Below are positions 8,429 through 18,297 of a stretch of DNA of 64,000 nucleotides, in pieces. Under the pieces are notes generated by a model that did no database searches, was not told where the DNA came from, and worked only from the letters and a program-made list of their open reading frames with translations. Origin of the DNA: an uncultured virus (IMG/VR IMGVR_UViG_3300048072_000060) (taxonomy: Duplodnaviria; Heunggongvirae; Uroviricota; Caudoviricetes). The position numbers were made by a program, and so were the translations under genes. How positions within the stretch are numbered: the stretch's first letter is position 1; every line of letters starts with the position of its first letter. The stretch is taken from the IMG/VR virus record IMGVR_UViG_3300048072_000060; one strand, written 5' to 3'.

Positions 8429-8928
8429 TGACTTCCCACACTTCACCTGTCGACATCGAGCAGGCCATGCCGTTGGCCGAAATGAGCGTTGCTCAGATCG
8501 CCGCGCTGCCGCCAGCACAGCTGCAAGAGGCACACACCAATCTGCTGACCTTGCAGTCCTTGGTCAAGGGCGTGCTCGATCGCTTCCATGCTGCGCTCGA
8601 CCAGCGTTATGCCGAGCAGGCCACGGCAGTCAGGCAGGCATCCGGTAAGGATTTCGGCGTCTGCCATCTCTCTGATGGGCCGCTGCGCATCGCGGTCGAC
8701 GTTCCCAAAAAGGTCGTCTGGGATCAGCCGCAACTGGCCGAGATCGCACAGCGCATCGCCGCTGCCGGCGACAAGGTCGGCGACTACATCGACACCGACT
8801 ACTCGATTTCCGAGACCCGCTTCAACGCTTGGCCCGCGACCCTCAAGGAGACGTTCTCCAAGGCCCGCACCGTAAAACCCGGCAAAACCGGCTACCGAAT
8901 TGCCCTCGTCCAGGAGCATCACGAATGA
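8425..8928 (+). CDS. Phage hypothetical protein
   Basis: 167 aa ORF translationally coupled within early operon. Confidence 0.75.
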   Translation: MMTSHTSPVDIEQAMPLAEMSVAQIAALPPAQLQEAHTNLLTLQSLVKGVLDRFHAALDQRYAEQATAVRQASGKDFGVCHLSDGPLRIAVDVPKKVVWDQPQLAEIAQRIAAAGDKVGDYIDTDYSISETRFNAWPATLKETFSKARTVKPGKTGYRIALVQEHHE

Positions 8929-9215
8929 AAACCACGACCCTGCACCAATCTCTGCAAGCCAAGCTCGGCGCCTATGCCGGCGAACACCTGACCACCGCGA
9001 TCCGTTATCAGGACCGCTACGGCAATCTGGTGGAGAAGCCCCTGCTCGACGCCACCCTGGATGAAGTGGCCTTCTCCATCCAGACACTCAGTGCCGAGAG
9101 CGCGAGCATCCACCGCCGCCGCAGTGCGCTCGACAGCCTCTACACTTTGGCCCGGGAGAATGGCTGCCTCGGCTCGGACACGGTGGGCGTAATCGCGGTG
9201 GAGGTGACGAAATGA
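8925..9215 (+). CDS. Phage hypothetical protein
   Basis: ATG 8925 with AGGAG RBS, ATGA overlaps on both sides. Confidence 0.7.
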   Translation: MKTTTLHQSLQAKLGAYAGEHLTTAIRYQDRYGNLVEKPLLDATLDEVAFSIQTLSAESASIHRRRSALDSLYTLARENGCLGSDTVGVIAVEVTK

Positions 9216-9961
9216 ACCAGATCGTCGCCTTCGATTTCGAGTCGCATGACGTGCGTGTCGTCCTCGGCCAGGACGGCGAGCCCATGTTCGTTGCCGCAGA
9301 TCTGTTGTCCACACTGAACCTCGATCGCAAGGCACTGGAGCGTCTGGACGACGACGAAAAGGGGGTGAGTTCAATTCACACCCCTGGCGGGCAGCAGGAG
9401 ATGACCGTGGTCAACGAGTCCGGTCTCTTCAACCTAGTGCTCGGCAGCCGTAAACCCGAAGCCAAGCGCTTCAAGCGATGGGTAACCCACGAGGTACTAC
9501 CCTCGATCCGCAAGACCGGTTCCTATGCGGTGCCCGGCTCCGTGGCTGCACTGCCGGCACCGACCCAGGATCGCGTCACCGCCATCCTGATGATCGGCGA
9601 GGCGGTGGCCAAGGTTCCCGGCGTCAAGCAGGGCATCGCCATGGCGGCAACGCTCACCTGCATCCAGGAGAACACAGGATTGTCGGTAGAGACGATGCGT
9701 CGGGCGCTGCCCGCCTGCAATGATCCTCTGGCAGCGGTGAACCCGACAAAGCTCGGTGAGCAAATCGGTCTGTCGGCCAGGGCGGTCAACCTCCGGCTGG
9801 CGGCTCTGGGATTCCAGAACCGCAACGACCGTGACGAGTGGGAACTGACCGATGCCGGCCAGGCATGGGGCGAAGCCTTGCCGTACTCCCGCAATGGGCA
9901 CTCCGGCTACCAGATCCTCTGGCGGCCTGAAGTCGCCGATCTGCTCAAGGAGGTCGCGTGA
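9212..9961 (+). CDS. BRO-N domain antirepressor-like protein
   Basis: FDFESHDVRVV..GEPMFVAAD..TPGGQQEMTVVNESGLFNLVLGSRKPEAKRFKRWVTHEVLPSIRKTGSY. Confidence 0.92.
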   Translation: MNQIVAFDFESHDVRVVLGQDGEPMFVAADLLSTLNLDRKALERLDDDEKGVSSIHTPGGQQEMTVVNESGLFNLVLGSRKPEAKRFKRWVTHEVLPSIRKTGSYAVPGSVAALPAPTQDRVTAILMIGEAVAKVPGVKQGIAMAATLTCIQENTGLSVETMRRALPACNDPLAAVNPTKLGEQIGLSARAVNLRLAALGFQNRNDRDEWELTDAGQAWGEALPYSRNGHSGYQILWRPEVADLLKEVA

Positions 9962-10764
9962 TGTCGCTGCCCATCATTTCAGCCGATGAACGGAAGCGCG
10001 AGCGGCACAGCGCCAAGGTGGCCCTGGTTGGTTTTCCTGGCGTCGGCAAGACCACCCAACTCAAAACGCTGCCGGCCGATTCCACACTATTCGTCGATCT
10101 CGAGGCTGGCGATCTCTCGGTGCGGGACTGGCCGGGTGACACCGTGCGGCCGCGCACTTGGCAAGAATTCCGCGATCTCGTGGTGTTCCTCGCCGGCCCG
10201 ATGCCGACCGCCACCGCCGAACAGGCGTTCTCGCAGGCTCACTTCGAGCATGTCTGCACCCGGTATGGCGACCCGGCGCAGCTGGCCAAATACGACACCT
10301 ACTTCGTCGACAGCCTGACCGTGCTCTCGCGCCTTTGCTTCGGCTGGTGCAAGACCCAGCCGCAGGCCTTCAGCGAGAAGAACGGCAAACCGGACAGTCG
10401 GGGCGCTTACGGCCTGCTGGGCCAGGAAATGATCACGGCGCTCACACACATGCAGCACGTCCGGGACAAGCACGTCATCTACGTCGCCATCCTCGAGGAG
10501 AAGACCGATGACTTCAACCGGCGCTACTACCAGTTGCAGTTGGAGGGCAGCAAGACCGCGTTGGAATTGCCTGGCGTCCTCGATGAGGTTGTGACCCTGG
10601 CCATCCTCAAGGCCGACGACGGCACGACTTACCGGGGTTTTGTCACCCGCGCCGACAACACCTTTGGCTATCCGAGCAAGGACCGCAGTGGCCGCCTCGA
10701 CGCTATCGAGGAGCCGGATCTCGGCAAGCTCATCCAGAAATGCCTCGGCACCCAGAGCAACTGA
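9961..10764 (+). CDS. Phage AAA ATPase (AAA_24 / Sak4-like)
   Basis: Walker A GFPGVGKT, FVDLEAG, FVDSLT, KDRSGRLD. Confidence 0.85.
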   Translation: MSLPIISADERKRERHSAKVALVGFPGVGKTTQLKTLPADSTLFVDLEAGDLSVRDWPGDTVRPRTWQEFRDLVVFLAGPMPTATAEQAFSQAHFEHVCTRYGDPAQLAKYDTYFVDSLTVLSRLCFGWCKTQPQAFSEKNGKPDSRGAYGLLGQEMITALTHMQHVRDKHVIYVAILEEKTDDFNRRYYQLQLEGSKTALELPGVLDEVVTLAILKADDGTTYRGFVTRADNTFGYPSKDRSGRLDAIEEPDLGKLIQKCLGTQSN

Positions 10765-10810
10765 GGCCGCAGGCCAATCCATCGCATTGACCCAATTCAA
10801 GGAGAAACAC

Positions 10811-11431
10811 ATGAACCAGAACACATGGCAGGACTTCAACGATGCAGAACAGCAACAGGGCTTCGATCTCATCCCCAAGGGCGCGCTCGTCAAGGTGCGC
10901 ATGACGATCAAGCCGGGCGGCCACGACGATCCTGCCCAGGGTTGGACCGGGGGCTATGCCACCGAAAGCTTCGACACCGGCAGCGTCTACCTCGCCTGCG
11001 AGTTCGTCGTGCTGGAAGGCCCGTTTGCCAAACGCAAGATGTGGTCGAACATCGGCCTGCAATCCCGGAAAGGGCCAGCCTGGGGTCAGATGGGCCGCAG
11101 CATGATTCGCGGCATCCTCAATTCCGCTCGCAATGTCTCGCCTCAGGACAACTCACCCCAGGCCGCAGCCGCCCGGCGCATCAACGGTTTCGCCGACCTG
11201 GATGGCATCGAGTTTCTGGCCCGCGTGGATGTCGAAAAGGACGCCAAGGGCGAGAACCGCAACGTGGTCAAGCTGGCCGTCGAACCCGATCACAAGGACT
11301 ACGCGGCGCTGATGGGCATGGCACCCAAGGTGCCGAGTGGTGGCAGTTCCGCTGCGCCTGCGCAGGCGACCCCGTCCCATGCCGCTCCACAGCGTCCGGC
11401 TGCCACTGGCAAACCCGCTTGGGCTCAGTAG
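10811..11431 (+). CDS. Putative phage ssDNA-binding protein (DUF669-like)
   Basis: FDLIPKG...EFVVLEGPFAKRKMW; low-complexity tail ending KPAWAQ; follows Sak4-like gene. Confidence 0.65.
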   Translation: MNQNTWQDFNDAEQQQGFDLIPKGALVKVRMTIKPGGHDDPAQGWTGGYATESFDTGSVYLACEFVVLEGPFAKRKMWSNIGLQSRKGPAWGQMGRSMIRGILNSARNVSPQDNSPQAAAARRINGFADLDGIEFLARVDVEKDAKGENRNVVKLAVEPDHKDYAALMGMAPKVPSGGSSAAPAQATPSHAAPQRPAATGKPAWAQ

Positions 11432-11441
11432 GAGCGTGGGC

Positions 11442-11654
11442 ATGAACGGAAATCGTTGTGGCAATTGCCACCATCTGGATCCAACAAGTGCCAGCGACAT
11501 TGGCGGCTTGCGTATCGCTCGCTGCCGCCATCCGAAAGGTGTACGCATCGGCACGACTGCCATTCGGAACGACTATGTCGAGTTGGATGCCTTCTGCGCT
11601 GAGCACGTCGTCCGTGCCCGGCGTGGAGTGCAGCCGGGAGGTGGTCATGTATGA
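11442..11654 (+). CDS. Small Cys/His-rich hypothetical protein
   Basis: 70 aa, CGNCHH...CRH...C..H; AGGAG RBS. Confidence 0.55.
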   Translation: MNGNRCGNCHHLDPTSASDIGGLRIARCRHPKGVRIGTTAIRNDYVELDAFCAEHVVRARRGVQPGGGHV

Positions 11655-12145
11655 GCGGAAAGTGTTGGGTCTGCAAACGACAGGCCAGGGGCTTCGGCTA
11701 TTCCGACAACCAGCATCGCATCGGCAACCCTCGTCGCTACCCCGTCGACTGGGTGTTCTGCTCCCGGCGCTGCCAGGACGCGTTTCACGCACTGTATGGC
11801 AACTGGCTGCGCGTCAAGGATGGCGGCAAGGACATCAGGGAGGTCGTCATGATCGATCCGTCTGATGTCGAGTTGGCTGCCATGCGCAGTTGTCTCAAAG
11901 CGTTCGGCGAGGCAGCAGGCGCGATCGGATTCACCAAGCCGCTCGGCGACTACTCTGAAGCCGAGGCGCTGCGCGTGATCGATGCCATTGTGACCAGCTA
12001 CACCGATGCGATGGTCGTGCACCACGAGGCGACCAAATTCCCACCAGTGCGGGGCTTGGCGCCTACACCCGATCCGTTGGCGAGTCCGTTCGCCGATCTG
12101 GAGGATGACCTGCCCTGGGAAGACGGGAAGGGAGGTAAGTCATGA
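11651..12145 (+). CDS. DUF6511-like phage protein with N-terminal Zn finger
   Basis: CWVC...FCSRRCQ; C-terminal PFADLEDDLPWE. Confidence 0.7.
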   Translation: MSGKCWVCKRQARGFGYSDNQHRIGNPRRYPVDWVFCSRRCQDAFHALYGNWLRVKDGGKDIREVVMIDPSDVELAAMRSCLKAFGEAAGAIGFTKPLGDYSEAEALRVIDAIVTSYTDAMVVHHEATKFPPVRGLAPTPDPLASPFADLEDDLPWEDGKGGKS

Positions 12146-12879
12146 TGGACTTCAACTCCTCTTCCAGCATTTCTGGACAGATCGCCACATTGGTCGATGC
12201 CGGAATGCAGCGCGTGCGTTCCACTGAGGTGCAGCGTGAGTACCTGGGTGCTTCGCGCCTCGGGGCGTCATGCGAACGTGCCTTGCAGTACGAGTTTGCC
12301 AAGGCGCCGGTCGATCATGGCCGTGACCATGATGGCCGCTTGTTACGCATCTTCGAGCGCGGCCACGTCATGGAGGACTGCATGGTCGAGTGGTTGCGGG
12401 CAGCCGGGTTCGATCTGCGCACCCGAAAACCCAGTGGCGATCAGTTCGGTTTCTCGGCGGTCGGCGGACGCCTGCAAGGGCACATCGATGGCGTCATCGT
12501 TGATGGCCCCGAGGGCTTTGCTTACCCAGCTCTCTGGGAGTGCAAGTGCCTCGGCTCGAAGTCCTGGCGTGACCTCGAGAAAAACCGGCTGGCCGTGGCC
12601 AAGCCGATCTACGCCGCGCAGGTAGCGATCTACCAGGCCTATCTAGAGTTGCATGAACAGCCGGCAATCTTCACGGCGATCAATGCCGACACCATGGAGA
12701 TCTACACCGAACTGGTGCCGTTTGATGCGGCACTGGCACAGCGCATGTCCGACCGCGCGCTGAAGGTGATCTTGGCCACGGATGCCGGAGAGTTGCTGTC
12801 ACGTGGCTTTCTCGACCCCGCCCACTTTGAGTGCCGGATGTGCGCATGGCAGGACCGGTGCTGGAGTAATACACCATGA
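12142..12879 (+). CDS. PD-(D/E)XK Cas4-like phage exonuclease
   Basis: YLGASRLG.SCER, GHIDG, WECK, YAAQ..Y, CRMC.W.DRC (four Fe-S-type Cys). Confidence 0.85.
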   Translation: MMDFNSSSSISGQIATLVDAGMQRVRSTEVQREYLGASRLGASCERALQYEFAKAPVDHGRDHDGRLLRIFERGHVMEDCMVEWLRAAGFDLRTRKPSGDQFGFSAVGGRLQGHIDGVIVDGPEGFAYPALWECKCLGSKSWRDLEKNRLAVAKPIYAAQVAIYQAYLELHEQPAIFTAINADTMEIYTELVPFDAALAQRMSDRALKVILATDAGELLSRGFLDPAHFECRMCAWQDRCWSNTP

Positions 12880-13091
12880 ACCCTTCATCCATCAACGATG
12901 TACTCGGCGAGCGCTTGGTTGATGCAAGCGAGGCTGCCCATTGCCTGAATCTACCGAGGTACTTGCTCACTCATCCCAAGGAGCGTCAGCGGCTTGGCAT
13001 ACCGCATTACCGGGTCGGCAAGCTCGTGCGCTTCAAATTGCAGGAGCTGGAAGCTTGGATGCTGGCACAGGGGGGAGCGTCGAATGCTTGA
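12876..13091 (+). CDS. Small HTH DNA-binding protein
   Basis: LVDASEAAHCLNL...IPHYRVGKLVRFKLQELEAW excisionase-like pattern. Confidence 0.75.
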   Translation: MNPSSINDVLGERLVDASEAAHCLNLPRYLLTHPKERQRLGIPHYRVGKLVRFKLQELEAWMLAQGGASNA

Positions 13092-15366
13092 TTTCAACGA
13101 TGCCCCTGCTGAGTTGCCACAGGACAGTGGGGTGGCCCGTGAGTCGTTGCGAGCCGATCTCGTCGCTCGACTGGAATCGGTCCTGGCCACACTGTTCCCT
13201 GCGGGCAAGAAGCGCAAAGGGAAATTCCTCGTCGGCGATGTGCTTGGCAGCCCAGGCGATAGCCTCGAGGTCGTTCTCGATGGTGAGAAAACCGGGCTGT
13301 GGACCGATCGTGCAACCGGTGATGGCGGTGACATCTTCGATCTCATCGCGGCCCACTTGGATGCCAATGTGCAGACCGATTTTCCGCGTGTGCTTCAGCA
13401 CGCGGCAGATCTGCTTGGGCAAGCACCGTCGACGCCATCCCGCAAGGCCAAGAAGGAGCCACCCGTCGATGAACTCGGTCCAGCTACGGCGAAATGGGAC
13501 TACTTCGACGCGGCCGGCAATCTGATCGCGGTGGTCTACCGCTACGACCCGCCCGGTCGCAAGAAGGAATTCCGGCCGTGGGACGCCAAACGCCGAAAGA
13601 TGGCTCCGCCCGAGCCTCGTCCCATCTACAACCAGCCGGGGATGAAGGATGCCGCGCAGGTCGTGCTGGTCGAGGGCGAGAAATGCGCCCAAGCGCTCAT
13701 CGATGCAGGTATCACTGCCACGACGGCGATGCACGGTGCGAATGCCCCGGTGGAGAAAACCGACTGGTCGCCCTTGGCCGGCAAGTCCGTGCTGATCTGG
13801 CCTGACCGCGACAAGCCGGGCTGGGACTATGCGACGCAGGCAGCGCAGGCCATCCTGTCGGCGGGCGCGAAAACCTGCCACATCCTATATCCGCCAGAGG
13901 AGGCAGCCGAGGGGTGGGATGCGGCCGACGCCATCGCCGAGGGCTTTGACGTTGCGGCATTTCTTGCTCATGGCCCGCGCCTGCAGATGCACGACATCAC
14001 CGTTGATGCCGATCCTGTGGCCAGCAGCGACGAGTCGGTCTGGGGCACGGAGGATGCGCTGGCGCTGGCCTTCACCCGACGCTACCACCGCGACTGGCGC
14101 TACGTGGCGACCTGGGGCCGTTGGCTGGTGTGGGACGGTAACCGCTGGCGCACCGAGGACACACTGGCCGCCACCGATCTGATCCGCAGCGTTTGCCGGC
14201 ATGCCGCCGTGCGTGCCGAGAATCCCAAAGTCGCGGCGAAGCTCGCCAGCGCGAGTACGGTCGGTGGCGTGGAGCGGCTGTCACGCGCAGACCGCAGGCA
14301 TGCGGCCACCACTGAGGAATGGGATGCCGACCCGTGGTTACTCAACACCCCGGGCGGCGTGGTCGATCTCAAGTCCGGCAGACAGCGTCCACACGACCGT
14401 GCTGACCGGATGACGAAAATCACCACGGCCACGCCCGGGGGTGACTGCCCGATCTGGCGTCAATTCCTTGACGAGGTCACGGGTGGTGACAAAGAGTTGC
14501 AGAGCTACTTGCAACGAATGGTCGGTTACGCCCTCACCGGCTCGACGCGAGAGCACGCGCTGTTTTTTCTGTACGGCACAGGCGCGAACGGCAAGTCGGT
14601 GTTCGTGAACACGTTGGCCACCATCCTCGGCGACTACGCCACCAATGCGCCGATGGATACCTTCATGGAGACGCGCACCGACCGGCATCCAACCGATATG
14701 GCTGGCCTGCGCGGCGCACGCTTCGTGGCAGCCATCGAAACCGAGCAGGGGCGACGCTGGGCCGAATCGAAGGTCAAGAACCTGACCGGGGGCGACAAGA
14801 TCTCTGCGCGTTTTATGCGCCAGGACTTCTTCGAGTTCTTCCCGCAGTTCAAGTTGTTCGTGGCGGGCAACCACAAGCCGGCCATTCGCAACATTGACGA
14901 GGCGATGAAGCGGCGCCTGCATCTGATCCCGTTCACGATCACCGTGCCGCCCGATCGCCGCGACAAACATCTCCAGCAGAAATTGCTGGCCGAGCGTGAC
15001 GGCATCCTGGCTTGGGCGGTGCAGGGCTGTCTCGACTGGCAACGTCTGGGACGGCTCGATCCTCCCCAGCGGGTCGTGGAGGCGACCGAGGAGTACTTCG
15101 AAGCCGAGGATGCACTGGGCCGCTGGCTGGAGGAATGTTGCGTGCGCGAGCCCAACGCCAAGTCGCTGACTGCCGAACTGTTCACCGACTGGAAGCAATG
15201 GTCGGAAGCAGCGGGCGAATTCAGCGGGTCGCAGCGGCGCTTTTCCGATTTGCTCATCACACGCGGCATTGAGAAATGGCGCAACAGCGTGGGGGTGCGT
15301 GGATTTCAGGGGATCGGTCTCAAGAACCCGCCCGCACCCGCTTACACCCCTTACGCGGACAACTGA
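13084..15366 (+). CDS. Phage/plasmid primase-helicase, P4 family (TOPRIM + D5/SF3 helicase)
   Basis: VLVEGEKCA and WPDRD TOPRIM motifs; GTGANGKS Walker A; LTGGDKISARFMRQDFFEF.PQFKL. Confidence 0.93.
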   Translation: MLDFNDAPAELPQDSGVARESLRADLVARLESVLATLFPAGKKRKGKFLVGDVLGSPGDSLEVVLDGEKTGLWTDRATGDGGDIFDLIAAHLDANVQTDFPRVLQHAADLLGQAPSTPSRKAKKEPPVDELGPATAKWDYFDAAGNLIAVVYRYDPPGRKKEFRPWDAKRRKMAPPEPRPIYNQPGMKDAAQVVLVEGEKCAQALIDAGITATTAMHGANAPVEKTDWSPLAGKSVLIWPDRDKPGWDYATQAAQAILSAGAKTCHILYPPEEAAEGWDAADAIAEGFDVAAFLAHGPRLQMHDITVDADPVASSDESVWGTEDALALAFTRRYHRDWRYVATWGRWLVWDGNRWRTEDTLAATDLIRSVCRHAAVRAENPKVAAKLASASTVGGVERLSRADRRHAATTEEWDADPWLLNTPGGVVDLKSGRQRPHDRADRMTKITTATPGGDCPIWRQFLDEVTGGDKELQSYLQRMVGYALTGSTREHALFFLYGTGANGKSVFVNTLATILGDYATNAPMDTFMETRTDRHPTDMAGLRGARFVAAIETEQGRRWAESKVKNLTGGDKISARFMRQDFFEFFPQFKLFVAGNHKPAIRNIDEAMKRRLHLIPFTITVPPDRRDKHLQQKLLAERDGILAWAVQGCLDWQRLGRLDPPQRVVEATEEYFEAEDALGRWLEECCVREPNAKSLTAELFTDWKQWSEAAGEFSGSQRRFSDLLITRGIEKWRNSVGVRGFQGIGLKNPPAPAYTPYADN

Positions 15367-15385
15367 CGCTCATGAAAAACCATCC

Positions 15386-15482
15386 GTCTGACGCAGCCGA
15401 CGCTCTTTCACGTAACTCTCCACACGTGTGCGCGTGCGCGCCTCATGGAATGTTTCGACAAACCGTGTCGGCTGCGTCAGAC
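15386..15482. repeat. Perfect 16-bp inverted repeat enclosing an alternating purine/pyrimidine tract; candidate replication origin
   Basis: GTCTGACGCAGCCGAC (15386-15401) / GTCGGCTGCGTCAGAC (15467-15482); CACACGTGTGCGCGTGCGCG at 15421-15440. Confidence 0.7.
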
Positions 15483-15506
15483 CGAGAACAAGAAAGGACT
15501 GAACAC

Positions 15507-15971
15507 ATGAACACGACGATCCTGGCCCTTGATCTGGGCACGAATACGGGGTGGGCGCTGCACCAACTGGATGGCAGCATCATTAGCGGCACGCAATGCT
15601 TCAAGCCGCAGCGGTTCGAGGGTGGCGGGATGCGCTTCCTGCGCTTCAAACGCTGGCTCAACGAACTGCTGTCGGCAAGCCACTCCATCAATGCGGTGTA
15701 CTTCGAAGAGGTACGGCGTCACGCGGGCGTGGATGCCGCACATGCCTACGGTGGTTTCATGGGCCACCTCACCGCCTGGTGCGAGCACCAGAACATTCCG
15801 TACCAGGGTGTGCCAGTCGGCACGATCAAGAAGCACGCGACCGGCAAAGGCAATGCCGGCAAGGACGAGATGATCATTGCCGCCAAGTCACGTGGTCACG
15901 ATCCCATGGACGACAACGAAGCCGATGCCCTGGCATTGTTGCACTGGGCCATCGAGACGCAGGAGGTGTGA
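15507..15971 (+). CDS. RuvC-like Holliday junction resolvase
   Basis: ILALDLGTNTGWA, VYFEEV, TIKKHATGKGNAGKDEM, DDNEADALALL. Confidence 0.85.
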   Translation: MNTTILALDLGTNTGWALHQLDGSIISGTQCFKPQRFEGGGMRFLRFKRWLNELLSASHSINAVYFEEVRRHAGVDAAHAYGGFMGHLTAWCEHQNIPYQGVPVGTIKKHATGKGNAGKDEMIIAAKSRGHDPMDDNEADALALLHWAIETQEV

Positions 15972-15972
15972 C

Positions 15973-16176
15973 GTGAAGATTCCAGCACAGCAATACCGAT
16001 GCCCTCTCGGTCGTCTGCAACCGCAGACCTCCGACCTGGAAGCTATCAAGCAAACCGGCTGGCGTGACCAGAACATCCTCGTGGTGTCCGAGCAGGACGA
16101 CCGTCTGGACTTCGTCGAGCGGGAGTTCGTGCGACGGATCGGCGAGCGCCTCTACGGAGGGAAACGTCATGGCTGA
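15973..16176 (+). CDS. Phage hypothetical protein
   Basis: GTG start after AGGAGG; 67 aa; overlaps next gene. Confidence 0.6.
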   Translation: MKIPAQQYRCPLGRLQPQTSDLEAIKQTGWRDQNILVVSEQDDRLDFVEREFVRRIGERLYGGKRHG

Positions 16177-16567
16177 ATGGACGATGGAGGATGTGGCAGC
16201 ACGATTTTCTGATGCGGCAGAGACCGGGCGGCGACTGCCTCGAGTCAGGGTGCAGGGCTACTTCAATGTCTGGCCTGCCTTCGCTCGGGAGGTATGGGAG
16301 TCCTGCCCCGATGACGAGCACGTCTACCGCCCCTTGCCGCCGACCCCGCAGGCCATCGATCGAATGATGGAAACGATGCGATGGGTGCAATGGCTCGAGG
16401 TGGAGCAGCGACACCTTGTCTGGATGCGGGCCAAGCAATACGAGTGGAAAGTCATCTGTCGTCGCTTCGGCTGCGAGCGAACAACGGCGTGGAGACGGTG
16501 GCAACGGGCCTTGCAGATCGTTGCCGAACGCCTCAACGAGCAGGCTCATCGCGCGGTAGTGTTTTGA
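16169..16567 (+). CDS. DUF6362-like HTH protein; putative late-gene regulator (Q-like position)
   Basis: C-terminal sigma4-like HTH WKVICRRFGCERTTAWRRW; last gene of early operon. Confidence 0.7.
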   Translation: MAEWTMEDVAARFSDAAETGRRLPRVRVQGYFNVWPAFAREVWESCPDDEHVYRPLPPTPQAIDRMMETMRWVQWLEVEQRHLVWMRAKQYEWKVICRRFGCERTTAWRRWQRALQIVAERLNEQAHRAVVF

Positions 16568-16726
16568 CGTGAATTGGCGGGAATGAGTGTGCAAGAGCTG
16601 CAATCAACGGCAATCAGCGGTTTTTGACCATGCAACATCTACCCCGTATTTTCGGTAGCATGACAGCTATGATCTGGCGAGCAGTGTGGGTGTGAAACCA
16701 CATCGCTCTCAGTCAGAAAATTCGAC

Positions 16727-16847
16727 GGGTCCTTCCTGGTCAAAAACCCATGCGGGGGGCGACAGCCCGGCCTTTCGATAGCGTCAGGCCGTGCAACGGG
16801 GTTACCAGTTACCACCCCCGGTTACCACCCGAAACCAGTTACCACCC
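16727..16847 (+). other. Candidate cos packaging site (cosQ-cosN-cosB-like)
   Basis: GGGTCCT (identical to lambda cosQ) at 16727, GGGGGGCGACAGC at 16754-16766 resembling lambda GGGCGGCGACCT, then GTTACCACCC x3 (16808, 16821, 16838). Confidence 0.6.
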
Positions 16848-16887
16848 CATTGATGACCCGCCCACTGTGGCGGGCTTTTGCATTCCT

Positions 16888-18297
16888 ATGACCGAAACAC
16901 TGCGCGTCGAGTACCGGAAGGTCGAGACGCTGATCCCCTTCGCGCGTAATCCCCGCACGCATTCGGATGCGCAGGTGGCGAAGCTCGCGGCCAGCATTGT
17001 CGAATTCGGCTGGACCAATCCCGTCCTGGTGGATGGGAGCCAGGGAATCATTGCCGGCCACGGTCGTCTGGCCGCCGCACGCAAGTTGGGGCTGGCCGAA
17101 GTGCCGGTCATCGAACTCGGCCACCTCACGCTGGCGCAAAAGCGCGCCTACGTGATCGCCGATAACCGCCTGGCGCTCGACGCCGGGTGGGATGAGGAAA
17201 TGCTGGCGATTGAACTGGCTGAGTTATCCGAGTCGGGTTACGACCTGACGCTCACCGGATTCACCAACGACGAGATCGAGGAACTACTGGTCGATGCCGA
17301 GGGCGGTGCGGGCACCGATGACTCGAACGACACCAGCGAGGATGCGGCTGACGATGTACCTGATGCACCGGTCAATCCAGTCTCGCGTTCCGGCGACGTC
17401 TGGCAACTGGGTGCACACCGGTTAATTTGCGGTGATGCCGCCGACGCCACTGTGGTCACCGCGCTGATGGCCGGCGACACGGCAGTTCTTTGCTTCACGT
17501 CGCCGCCATATGGCAATCAGCGGGACTACACGAACACCATCATTGATTGGGACGCCCTGATGCGTGGCGTATTCAATCAATTGCCGATGACTGCCAATGG
17601 CCAGGTACTGGTCAATCTCGGATTGATTCACCGCGAGCAGGAAGTCATCCCGTACTGGGATGGCTGGCTCGACTGGATGCGTACCCAAGGCTGGCGGCGC
17701 TTTGCGTGGTACGTATGGGACCAGGGGCCAGGACTGCCCGGCGACTGGAACGGACGGCTTGCGCCAGCCTTCGAATTCGTCTTCCACTTCAACCGGAAGG
17801 GTTCGGAGCCGCGCCGGCCCAACAAGATCGTGCCCTGCATCTACGCAGGCCGCGACACGCATCTGCGCGGTGACGGCACCAGCGCCGGCGGCATGCGCAA
17901 CAAAGATGGCAGCAAGACCGCCTGGAACCATGTGGGCCAGGTTACGCAGGAGACCAAGATTCCCGATGCCGTGATTCGTCTCATGCGGCACAAGGGCAAG
18001 ATCGGACAGGACATCGATCACCCGGCCGTGTTCCCGGTGGCGTTGCCACAGCATGTGTTGGAAACCTACACCGATGCTGGCGATATCGTATTCGAACCGT
18101 TCTGCGGTTCTGGCACCACGCTACTCGCGGCTCAACGAATTGGCCGCGCAGTTCGAGCCACCGAAATTGCGCCCGAGTATGTCGATGTGACGGTCAAACG
18201 CTTCCAGCAGAATTTCCCTGAGGTGCCAGTTACGCTCGTGGCCACCGGCCAGACCTTTGATGTGGTCGCCACTGAACGATTGGGAGCACCGGCATGA
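16888..18297 (+). CDS. ParB-N fused DNA methyltransferase (SPPY type, likely m4C)
   Basis: NPRTHS..IIAGHGRL..ADNRLA ParB/Srx domain; FTSPPY; HPAVFP; EPFCGSGTT. Confidence 0.9.
   Translation: MTETLRVEYRKVETLIPFARNPRTHSDAQVAKLAASIVEFGWTNPVLVDGSQGIIAGHGRLAAARKLGLAEVPVIELGHLTLAQKRAYVIADNRLALDAGWDEEMLAIELAELSESGYDLTLTGFTNDEIEELLVDAEGGAGTDDSNDTSEDAADDVPDAPVNPVSRSGDVWQLGAHRLICGDAADATVVTALMAGDTAVLCFTSPPYGNQRDYTNTIIDWDALMRGVFNQLPMTANGQVLVNLGLIHREQEVIPYWDGWLDWMRTQGWRRFAWYVWDQGPGLPGDWNGRLAPAFEFVFHFNRKGSEPRRPNKIVPCIYAGRDTHLRGDGTSAGGMRNKDGSKTAWNHVGQVTQETKIPDAVIRLMRHKGKIGQDIDHPAVFPVALPQHVLETYTDAGDIVFEPFCGSGTTLLAAQRIGRAVRATEIAPEYVDVTVKRFQQNFPEVPVTLVATGQTFDVVATERLGAPA

Noticed and set aside
12142..12879. 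Cas4-like nuclease as evidence of CRISPR-Cas
   Set aside because: No array or other cas genes; it sits in a standard phage recombination operon
16801..16847. GTTACCACCC repeats as a mini CRISPR array
   Set aside because: 10-bp units with 3-7 nt gaps; better explained as terminase-binding repeats
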